Shown: positions 19,483 to 27,498 of the stretch, piece by piece
How positions within the stretch are numbered: the first letter of the stretch is position 1
Layout: each line of letters opens with the position of its first letter
Source: Candidatus Hydrogenedentota bacterium
Lineage (GTDB): Bacteria > Hydrogenedentota > Hydrogenedentia > Hydrogenedentales > JAEUWI01
Assembly: GCA_034669905.1 (NCBI GenBank)
Contig: JAXMOL010000013.1
Coordinates: forward strand, 32,001-96,000
Direction: 5' to 3'
DNA: 64,000 nt
Translations under genes and position numbers: made by a program
The notes under the pieces: model-generated
Database searches by the model: none
What the model saw: the letters and a program-made list of their open reading frames with translations, nothing else
Told to the model about the DNA's origin: nothing

Positions 19483-19719
19483 CTACTGACCGAGCAGTAC
19501 CTTGGCCTCTTCCAGGCTGGGCAGTTTGCCCGCGCTCTTCACCTCACCGTCTACGACCAGCGCCGGTGTGACCATGACGCCGAAATTCATGATGTCGTTA
19601 ATGGCGGTCACCTTCTCGAGTTGATAGTCGAGGCCCAGTTCCTTCGCGGCGGCTTCCGCAGTCTCCGTGAGCTTCTGGCATTTGGTACAACCGGTTCCGA
19701 GAATTTTCAGTTCCTTCAT
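19483..19719 (-). CDS. Small redox-active disulfide protein 2 (MTH895/Thioredoxin_3 family)
   Basis: MKELKILGTGCTKC...GVMVTPALVVDG; AGGAG RBS. Confidence 0.92.
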   Translation of the reverse strand: MKELKILGTGCTKCQKLTETAEAAAKELGLDYQLEKVTAINDIMNFGVMVTPALVVDGEVKSAGKLPSLEEAKVLLGQ

Positions 19720-19784
19720 TGGACGAACTCCTTTTTTTTCCGCGAACGACAATTCGTTGCGCGGTTCCTTTACGGGGGCTCCCG

Positions 19785-21086
19785 TCAGGAAACAAACAAT
19801 CCAAACAGCATGCCGCTGAGGGTGGCCATGACGATGACGAGGGCGACGAATACGACGGTCTTTTTGGTGCCCAGCACGCTTCGAATGACCAACATGTTCG
19901 GCAGGCTCAGGGCCGGTCCAGCCAGCAGGAGCGCCAGCGCCGGACCCTGTCCCATGCCGTTGCCGATCAGGCCCTGAAGAATGGGCACTTCCGTCAAGGT
20001 GGCGAAGTACATAAAGGCCCCGACGACGGAGGCAAAGAGGTTGGCCCACAGCGAATTGCCGCCCACCAGCGAGGCCACCCATTGGGAAGGGAGCAAGCCC
20101 TCTTCACCGGGCCGTCCGAGCAAGAGGCCAGCCAACAATACGCCGAAGAAGAGCAAGGGCAGAATCTGCTTTGCGAAAGTCCAACTCGACTCGAACCAGG
20201 ACTGCATCTCCTCCTCTTCGGTGTTGGCAATATAGGAGAGGCCCAGCACGCCGAGGCTGAAAGGCAGGAGGGGAGTGTGGGGAACCAGCAGTGCGGCGGC
20301 GCCGACGATTACCGCCGTCGCCAACACTTTCCACCAGCGCACCCCAAACCAGGCGATTAGCATCGCCCCCAGGCTGAGGGAGGCCGCTGCGGTGAGGCCC
20401 CACTTCGCGGAATAGATGGCGTTCCACAGGCCTTCGGACGTGTCTGGTTTTCCCCAGTTCGAGAAGACAAGGATGCAGACCATGGAAGCGAAGTACAGCA
20501 TGTTCTGCCAGAGCGGCCGAGCGACGTCTGCCTCCGGCATCGCCGCCGCCGCCTTGGTCTTTTCCAGTTCCTCTTTCCGGAAGATCAGGTGCATGAGGAG
20601 GCCGATGATAATACTGAAGGCGATGGCCCCCACCGCGCGGGCAATGCCGAGTTGGAGACCCAATATGCGTGCCGTCATGACAATGGCGAGCACATTGATT
20701 GCCGGCCCGGAGTAGAGAAAGGCGACCGCTGGCCCCAGTCCGGCGCCCATGCGGTAGATGCCGGCAAAGAGGGGCAGGACCGTGCAGGAACAAACCGCCA
20801 GGATACTTCCCGATACGGAGGCTACCCCGTAGGCGAGTACTTTGGGCGCCTGGGCCCCCAGATACTTCATGACCGATGCCTGGCTGATGAAGACCGCGAT
20901 GGCCCCGGCGATGAAGAAGGCCGGAATCAGGCAGAGCAGTACATGTTCCCGGGCATACCACTTGACCAGGTGTAAGGACTCCATAACCGCATGGTCAAAG
21001 CGCGCCCCGCCCACGGGGAGATAGCAGCAAAGGAGAAAGGCGGCCACGAGCCCAGCCAGTATTTTCCACTCTTTTTTCCATTCCAT
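19785..21086 (-). CDS. ArsP/DUF318-family permease
   Basis: AVCSCTVLP, FLYSGPAIN, FMYFATLTEVP, LLAGPALSLP. Confidence 0.9.
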   Translation of the reverse strand: MEWKKEWKILAGLVAAFLLCCYLPVGGARFDHAVMESLHLVKWYAREHVLLCLIPAFFIAGAIAVFISQASVMKYLGAQAPKVLAYGVASVSGSILAVCSCTVLPLFAGIYRMGAGLGPAVAFLYSGPAINVLAIVMTARILGLQLGIARAVGAIAFSIIIGLLMHLIFRKEELEKTKAAAAMPEADVARPLWQNMLYFASMVCILVFSNWGKPDTSEGLWNAIYSAKWGLTAAASLSLGAMLIAWFGVRWWKVLATAVIVGAAALLVPHTPLLPFSLGVLGLSYIANTEEEEMQSWFESSWTFAKQILPLLFFGVLLAGLLLGRPGEEGLLPSQWVASLVGGNSLWANLFASVVGAFMYFATLTEVPILQGLIGNGMGQGPALALLLAGPALSLPNMLVIRSVLGTKKTVVFVALVIVMATLSGMLFGLFVS

Positions 21087-21108
21087 GGTCGTACTCCTTA
21101 TGCGTGTG

Positions 21109-21130
21109 TATTTGGCAAAATAAACAAATA
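21109..21130. promoter_or_regulatory. Putative second ArsR operator upstream of the permease
   Basis: TATTTG-N10-CAAATA inverted repeat with the same TTG-N10-CAA core as the arsR promoter site. Confidence 0.55.
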
Positions 21131-21156
21131 GTCGGGCTAAAAAAAGGCCCCTGACG

Positions 21157-21483
21157 CTAGGCCTCGTTCAACACGGCCATCTGATCCTTGGCGTTACTCT
21201 CCAGCACCGTCTCAATGCATCCGAAAAGATTAAGAATACAGGGGATGCGTAAGGTGTAGAAGACCTGGAGGCCGCGCTTTTCGTCCTTCACGATGCCCGC
21301 ACCCTTCAGCACCCGGAGGTGACGGGACACGGTGGACGTATCCATGCCCACCAGGTCGGTCAACTCGCAAACACAGCGTTCCCCCTTGGCCAGCTCTTCC
21401 ACCATATAGAGTCGCGCGGGATGTCCCAGCGCCTTGAAGATTGCTGCCCGTGCCGCGGACCGTGCTTGTACCTGTGCATCCAT
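21157..21483 (-). CDS. ArsR/SmtB-family transcriptional regulator
   Basis: FKALGHPARL, ERCVCEL, STVSRHL, KRGLQVFY, C-terminal C..C. Confidence 0.93.
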   Translation of the reverse strand: MDAQVQARSAARAAIFKALGHPARLYMVEELAKGERCVCELTDLVGMDTSTVSRHLRVLKGAGIVKDEKRGLQVFYTLRIPCILNLFGCIETVLESNAKDQMAVLNEA

Positions 21484-21508
21484 GTTCTTTTCCTTAGTGG
21501 TTGTCTAC

Positions 21509-21542
21509 TTGGTATTTTAGCCAAGAGGTTGGATTTTGTCAA
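21509..21542 (-). promoter_or_regulatory. arsR sigma70 promoter overlapped by an operator
   Basis: Minus strand TTGACA(21542-21537)-17 nt-TAAAAT(21519-21514); palindrome TTGG-N8-CCAA at 21509-21524 covers the -10 box. Confidence 0.78.
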
Positions 21543-21604
21543 TCCCAATCCGTTTCTCGGAAGAATCGTCGGTGGACCTGCGGGACACGGTATTCGTCTG
21601 TAGG

Positions 21605-22855
21605 CTCGTTCCCACACAGCGCATGAGAATGAGGGGAAAATGGAACGGACTTTCAGCCCTGACCGTCTTTTGATGCGGGTACTCCTGGGGCTTTGCCCCA
21701 GGCTGGTTTGGGACGCGCCGTTGGCGCTAACAATAAACCCTTGTCACGGGTCTGCAGCGCGCATAGGGCCAAAGGCCTGGCAACATACCAGCATGGGGCG
21801 GAGCCCCATGTTTACGGTTTCCCCATGCATAAAGGGCTGAAGGCCTGTCTCAACCTTGAGCTCGTCACATGGTGACGAGGGGGGGATAAAACGCCGTGCC
21901 ACGGGATCCGGTCTAAGCCGGTTCGTGTGCGTGGAGGGGCGTAACACGGGTCTAGCCAGGAAAAGATTCCTGGGTGGGCGCAATATGGTACCCGTCCAGA
22001 CGCTATCGGAGGTGGTAGGCACGAACTCCGTCAGGACGCGTTGAAACGCACCTTTTTTGGCCCCCCCCCGGTACGTTGGTTGGCTAAAACTTGGCTAAAA
22101 GAGGGACCCTAAAATCGTTTCTACGCGGCGCATGGGAACCAGGGGAAAATGGAACGGGCTTTCAGCCCTGACCGTCTTTTGATGCGGGTACTCCTGGGGC
22201 TTTGCCCCAGGCTGGTATGGCACGCGCCGTTGGCGCTAACAATAAACCCTTGTCACGGTTCCGCAGCGCGCATAGGGCCAAAGGCCTGGCAACATACCAG
22301 CATGGGGCGGAGCCCCATGTTTACGGTTTCCCCATGCATAAGGGGCTGAAGGCCTGTCCCAACCATGAGCTCGTTCCCACGCGGCGCATGGTGACAAGGG
22401 GGATAAAACGCCGTGCCACGCGATCCGGTCTAAGCCGGTTTGTGTGCGTGGAGGGGCGTAACACGGGTCTGGTATGGCACGCGCCGTTGGCGATCATAAA
22501 TTGAACCTTGTCACGGGTCTGCAGCGCGCATAGGGCCAAAGGCCTGGCAACATACCAGCATGGGGTGAAGCCCCATGTTTACGGTTTCCCCATGCATTAA
22601 GGGCTGAAGGCCTGTCCCAACCTTGAGCTCGTCGCATGGTGACGAGGGGGGATAAAACGCCGTGCCACGCGATCCGGTCTAAGCCGGTTTGTGTGCGTGG
22701 AGGGGCGTAACACGGGTCTGCAGCGCGCATAGGGCCAAAGGCCCGGCAACATACCAGCATGGGGTGAAGCCCCATGTTTACGGTTTCCCCATGCATAAAG
22801 GGCTGAAGGCCCGTTTCAACCTTTGGCTCGTTCCCATGCGGAGCATGGGAATGAG
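21605..22855. repeat. Composite REP/BIME-like repeat array
   Basis: Four units of about 200 nt starting at 21745, 22254, 22512 and 22711 (last partial); a block of about 320 nt duplicated at 21632 and 22141; CTCGTTCCCA..CATG(A/G)GAATGAG palindromes at both ends. Confidence 0.9.
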
Positions 22856-22881
22856 TGAAATTTCGTTTCGAAACGTTACCC

Positions 22882-24837
22882 TCAATGTACCACCTCCAAC
22901 ACATCCACGGGCACCGCGCCGTCGATGTTGCGGATCACAATGGCGCTGCCCGTTGTCTTCAGGTCGGTGATGGTCAGCAGGGGCTGGGAGTTTTCCAACG
23001 TGTCCTTTTTAAAATTCACGCGGCCTTGGGGCACGCCATCGAGATAGACGTCGGCGCTGCCGTAGTCCGGACCTTGGGGTGCCCAGAGTGTGGCGGTGCG
23101 GCCTTGGACGTTCCATTTGGCGCGCACGTCTGGCGCGATGGAGACCACGCCCACGCCGTAGCGGAAGTGGGGGCCCTCTACCGGTTTCCAATCCGCCTTC
23201 CGCTGCGCGGCGCCCAATTGGGCTTCGGAGTGTAGATAGACGGTGTGGGCGGGTGCAGGCGTCCCGGTCACGGCGAATTGGGTGACGTAAGCCTGACTGA
23301 ATTTGTCGGCCACCAGGCCCAGGGCCCCTTCGTTGGTGGGAAGGGCACCGGACCAGACGGCCTCGCCGTGGATTGAAAGGGTGGCCGTTCCTTCCGTATC
23401 CCACGCGATGGCGCAGGGGAGGGGGCCGGGCGTGGTGATGGCTTTCTCCGCGATGGTGGTGGCTTCGCCCTCGGGGTTCACGGTGATAAGCGCCCAGGAA
23501 TCGGGCGTCAGGCGGAGTCCGGCATAGTCGCCGCGCATCAGGGGGTGGAGCGTGGCGCCCGACGCGGGGTTATTGGGACCCACGGGACCTTGCGCATTCC
23601 AAGCCAGGGTCACGGTCCCGTGCACGTCCAGGGTCGCAACAATTTTCTCCACGGTGCCGCCCTGTTTGAGGCGGACGAAGCTCGGACCTTCGTGACCGCT
23701 GACGTGAAAGCCCTGGTCCCGATAGGGCTGTACCCACGGTCGGGAAGCCACATTGATGGTGCCCATCCCCTCGCTGTCGCGGGAGGGAAACATGACCCGG
23801 AACATGCCGTCGTCGTCGATGAAGCCCGAGATGGTTTGGCCCCAGATACCGCGGTGTTCATGTTCGACGGGCTCGGCGTGCCAGACGGATCCATGTTGGA
23901 ATATGGACCATGCTTTCGGGTCCAGGGCTTCTTCCAGGGGCGCGCGCCAGAGCATTTGAAAGTTGCGGTTCAAGGCCACGGCGGTGGCGGGGGCGTAGAC
24001 ATAGCCCTCGTGGACGAAGGCGGGGTGGAACTCCATGAGGGGCGGGTGAAAACCGTCCTGCTCGGGATAGAGCAAGAGCTTGGCAGGGGTGTAGGGGCCT
24101 TCCGGCGTGGTGGCGGTCATGCCCAGGTAGGCCCAGCCATAGTGGAGGCCCGAGTCGGTGAGGGTAAGGACCAGCCAGTCGTCCTTACGACGGAGGATGG
24201 TGGAGGCATACATGCGTTTATACTTGCCCTCGAGGAGGGGCTGGTCGCGCGTCGTGGCAACGGGGACGGCGGTCCGGTGGTAGGGGCCCTCTGGGCGATC
24301 GGCCCAGGCATAGCCCACGCCGCTGTTGGAATCGGGGCCGGGTGTGGCCGCGTTTTTCCACGTGGTACTCCGGGTCGACCAGTCATAGCTCATGTGATAT
24401 CGGCCGTCGTGATAGACCACGGCCACATCGGGCGCGGTCCACATGGGGGACGTCTCGCCATCGAAGGTGTGTATTTCCGGTGGGAACACGGGCCCCATAT
24501 CTTCCCAATTCGCGCCGTGATCCGTTGAGCGGTACACCGTGGCGCGGGAGGGGTGGGCGTCGTCCCGTCGGTAGCCCGTGCGATAGTGACCCACGAACAA
24601 GAACCAGTCGCCACTCACAGGGTCCTCGAACAAGGAGCCATTCACCGGCCATTCATAGGGCGCGGCACCCCGGTGAATCGGGTTCTGCGGGTGGTGGGTG
24701 AAGCTATCGAAGGACGCATCGCCATAGACCGGATGAGACAGCCACGCCTCGCGCTGGGCAAGATTCGCATAATCGACCGTCGTTGCCGCCACGGCCGGGA
24801 GTCCCAGCAAGAACATTAGTACACACAAATTCCGCAC
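22882..24837 (-). CDS. Secreted glycoside-hydrolase-like protein (five-bladed propeller-type N-terminus, beta-sandwich C-terminus)
   Basis: Signal peptide; HPQNPI, Asp-box RSTDHGANW, APDVAV, WADRPEGPY, GPDYG.ADVYLDG. Confidence 0.65.
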   Translation of the reverse strand: MRNLCVLMFLLGLPAVAATTVDYANLAQREAWLSHPVYGDASFDSFTHHPQNPIHRGAAPYEWPVNGSLFEDPVSGDWFLFVGHYRTGYRRDDAHPSRATVYRSTDHGANWEDMGPVFPPEIHTFDGETSPMWTAPDVAVVYHDGRYHMSYDWSTRSTTWKNAATPGPDSNSGVGYAWADRPEGPYHRTAVPVATTRDQPLLEGKYKRMYASTILRRKDDWLVLTLTDSGLHYGWAYLGMTATTPEGPYTPAKLLLYPEQDGFHPPLMEFHPAFVHEGYVYAPATAVALNRNFQMLWRAPLEEALDPKAWSIFQHGSVWHAEPVEHEHRGIWGQTISGFIDDDGMFRVMFPSRDSEGMGTINVASRPWVQPYRDQGFHVSGHEGPSFVRLKQGGTVEKIVATLDVHGTVTLAWNAQGPVGPNNPASGATLHPLMRGDYAGLRLTPDSWALITVNPEGEATTIAEKAITTPGPLPCAIAWDTEGTATLSIHGEAVWSGALPTNEGALGLVADKFSQAYVTQFAVTGTPAPAHTVYLHSEAQLGAAQRKADWKPVEGPHFRYGVGVVSIAPDVRAKWNVQGRTATLWAPQGPDYGSADVYLDGVPQGRVNFKKDTLENSQPLLTITDLKTTGSAIVIRNIDGAVPVDVLEVVH

Positions 24838-25237
24838 GAGATATATCCACCTTTCCCAAGGTTCGGGGCTATAGATTCAGGAGGGGCATTCTACCAGTGG
24901 GCCACCACCATTAAATACCTTCCAGTGAGCCCATCTATTAGGGGCTTCCTCCTTCTCTGGCGTTACCCGTGGGAGTTCGGGCGGGGCCGCTATCCGCTGG
25001 CTTTCTGTCCCCCTTGAATGGCGCCCCGCTATCGGGCATGCTGCTGAACGGTTATCCGTTGTAATTTCTTCCGCCTGGAAGACCTGTCATGGGCCCCATT
25101 GGCCCATCGGATGACCGCTAAAGGGTAGGCAGTGTTTGCATGAATTTCATGAAAGCAACGGAAGACACCGCAGCCCCGCTTTGTGACGCGGGTGCCGTGG
25201 GTGGGGCAGGTTCTATCGACATAGGGAAAGAAACAGG

Positions 25238-27409
25238 ATGAAACGATTTCATAGAGTGGGAATGTTTTTTGGCGCGGTCGCCGTGGCCTTCACGGGCACC
25301 TTCAATCAGGGCTGGTGCGCGGCGAATTCCGACGTGCCCGAGCTTCGGTATTACCGGCAGGTCGAACGGGGACCAGCACAGCGACTCAACTTCGATGTGG
25401 CGGTCTACGGAGGGACGCCTGCGGGGGTGACGGCCGCTATCCAGGCGGCGCGGATGGGAAAAAAGTCCGTGCTCTTGTCTTTTAACCGCCATGTGGGCGG
25501 CATGACCTCGGGCGGTCTGACCGCGACCGATGTGGGGAATAAGGATACCATCGGCGGTCTGGCCCTCGAATACTACACGCGCATCGGCCGGCTCCGCGAC
25601 CTCATTCCCTCGGAGGCCGAAGCGCTCTTTCTCACGATGCTTGAGGAGGCGGGGGTAACGGTGCTCTTCGAGCGGTGCCTGGAGTCGGTCGTCCTGGAAG
25701 ACGGGCGCATCGTATCCGCCACCATGGAGACGGGCGAAACGGTTGCGGCGGCCATGTTCGTCGATGCCACCTACGAGGGCGACCTGCTGGCGGCGGCGGA
25801 GGTCTCGCACTATGTCGGAAGGGAGCCCGTGGGAACCTATGGTGAAACCCTCGCGGGACAGTTGCAGAATATCTCCTGGAGCAATGTCTACCAGTTTTGC
25901 CAGCTGCCGGTGAGCCCCTTTGTGGAGCCTGATAATCCGGACTCCGGGCTGCTGCCGGAAATCTCCTCGGATCCCATCGGGGAGAAGGGCGACGGCGACT
26001 ATCGCGTGCAGGCCTACAATTTCCGAATGCGCCTCTCCAACAAGGCGGACAAAGCACCTTTCCCGAAGCCGCGCGATTATGATCCCGGCCGCTTTGCCCT
26101 CCTTGCCCGGTTTATGCATTCCGACCCGGGTATCCAATGGACCCTCGACTATACGACCACACCCATGACCGATGGGCCGGTCCAGATGCGCAATGGCGAC
26201 AGCAACAACGCGGGAAGTTTTTCTTCCGACTATGTCGGGGGCAGTAATCGTTGGCCCGACGGGACCTTTGAGCCGGTGTCGTTTTCGGAGCTGCCTCCGC
26301 CCCGGCGTGGCTTGCAGATGCCCTTCCGTGACTTGTATGAGATGCGGGAGCGAATCTTTCAGGATCATGTCAACTATCAGCAGGGGCTCATGTACTTCCT
26401 GGCCAACGATCCCCAGGTCCCAGAGACCCTTCAAGAACGGGTAAATCGCTTCGGCCTTGATTCTAACGAGTATCAAGATACGGGCTTCTGGCCTCACCAC
26501 CTCTATATACGAGAAGGCCGTCGTATGCTTTCCGACTACGTGATGACTCAGGACGATGCCCAATCGAAACGAAAGGTGAACGATTCCGTGGGGCTCGCGT
26601 CCTACCAGATGGACTCCCACTTCTGTAATCGTGTGGCCGTGATAAGGGATGGGGAATATACCGTCCGTAATGAGGGGGGCTTCGGGAAGGCCTGCCCAAG
26701 ACCCTATCCCGTTTCATTTCGTTCCATCGTTCCGCGTAAGGAGGAGTGCGTGAACCTCCTCGTGCCGATTTGTCTTTCGGCGTCCCATGTCGCGTACGGT
26801 TCGATTCGCATGGAACCCGTGTTTATGATTCTCGGACAAAGTGCGGGAACGGCCGCCGTGTTGGCGATCGACGAGGGGATTGCCTTACAAGATCTCGCCT
26901 ATGACAGGTTGGAGAAGAAGTTGGCGGAAGATGGGCAGGTACTCAGCTTTATTCCGGCAGACATCTACCCCCTTGCGAAGTTGAACGGTGTGGTGGTGGA
27001 TGACGAGGCCGCCGTCGCCGAGGGCGAGTGGATGCACAGTGCCTCGGCTCCGCCCTATGTGGAGCAGGGCTACCGGCATGACGTCAATAAGAACAAAGGG
27101 GGCAGCACGATGACTTTCACCGCCGCGCTACCCGCCCCGGGCCGCTACGAGGTGCGCCTGGCCTATTCTCGCCAGTCCAACCGTGCGGAGCAGGTACCCG
27201 TGACCGTGTACCATCAGGGCGGCACCCAAACCGTCGTGGTCAATCAGCGAAAAAAACCGGAGATCAAGGGCTGCTGGACTTCCCTCGGCACCTTCGATTT
27301 TGACAAAGAAGGCCGTGTCGTCGTGAGTAACGAAGGTACGAAGGGGTACGTGCTCGCTGACGCGGTGCAGTTTCTGCTGGCGGACGGAGAAACTACGCCG
27401 GTCCCCTGA
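25238..27409 (+). CDS. Secreted FAD-dependent oxidoreductase (xanthan-lyase-annotated type) with Golvesin-like C-terminal domain
   Basis: VYGGTPAGVTAAIQAA, GGMTSGGL, DATYEGDL, VQAYNFR, YIREGRRM, SHVAYGSIRMEP; C-terminal WTSLGTFDF...ADAVQF. Confidence 0.88.
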   Translation: MKRFHRVGMFFGAVAVAFTGTFNQGWCAANSDVPELRYYRQVERGPAQRLNFDVAVYGGTPAGVTAAIQAARMGKKSVLLSFNRHVGGMTSGGLTATDVGNKDTIGGLALEYYTRIGRLRDLIPSEAEALFLTMLEEAGVTVLFERCLESVVLEDGRIVSATMETGETVAAAMFVDATYEGDLLAAAEVSHYVGREPVGTYGETLAGQLQNISWSNVYQFCQLPVSPFVEPDNPDSGLLPEISSDPIGEKGDGDYRVQAYNFRMRLSNKADKAPFPKPRDYDPGRFALLARFMHSDPGIQWTLDYTTTPMTDGPVQMRNGDSNNAGSFSSDYVGGSNRWPDGTFEPVSFSELPPPRRGLQMPFRDLYEMRERIFQDHVNYQQGLMYFLANDPQVPETLQERVNRFGLDSNEYQDTGFWPHHLYIREGRRMLSDYVMTQDDAQSKRKVNDSVGLASYQMDSHFCNRVAVIRDGEYTVRNEGGFGKACPRPYPVSFRSIVPRKEECVNLLVPICLSASHVAYGSIRMEPVFMILGQSAGTAAVLAIDEGIALQDLAYDRLEKKLAEDGQVLSFIPADIYPLAKLNGVVVDDEAAVAEGEWMHSASAPPYVEQGYRHDVNKNKGGSTMTFTAALPAPGRYEVRLAYSRQSNRAEQVPVTVYHQGGTQTVVVNQRKKPEIKGCWTSLGTFDFDKEGRVVVSNEGTKGYVLADAVQFLLADGETTPVP

Positions 27410-27431
27410 GAAACATTTTCCGACATGATCG

Positions 27432-27463
27432 AAAAGGGGCCGCTCGCTGAGAGCGGCCCCTTT
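27432..27463. terminator. Bidirectional intrinsic terminator between convergent genes
   Basis: 13-bp perfect stem aaaggggccgctc / gagcggccccttt with 5-nt loop. Confidence 0.8.
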
Positions 27464-27498
27464 GATGATGGGGGAGGCAGCGCTACGCCGTGGTGGCG

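Noticed and set aside
19720..20082. 199-aa version of the small thioredoxin
   Set aside because: Overlaps the permease; RBS and family length support the start at 19719
17241..21483. Selenocysteine recoding in the redox operon
   Set aside because: The CxxC and CxC motifs are read as ordinary Cys codons, with no in-frame TGA at those positions
21640..22349. Duplicated 66-aa ORFs (MER.FSPDRLL...)
   Set aside because: They read through palindromic REP modules; other copies of the same modules lack the start, so they look like by-products of the repeat
21605..22855. CRISPR array interpretation of the repeats
   Set aside because: Units are about 200 nt and near-identical throughout, with no unique spacers and no cas genes in the window
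25118..26620. 500-aa minus-strand ORF
   Set aside because: Antisense shadow of the FAD oxidoreductase gene
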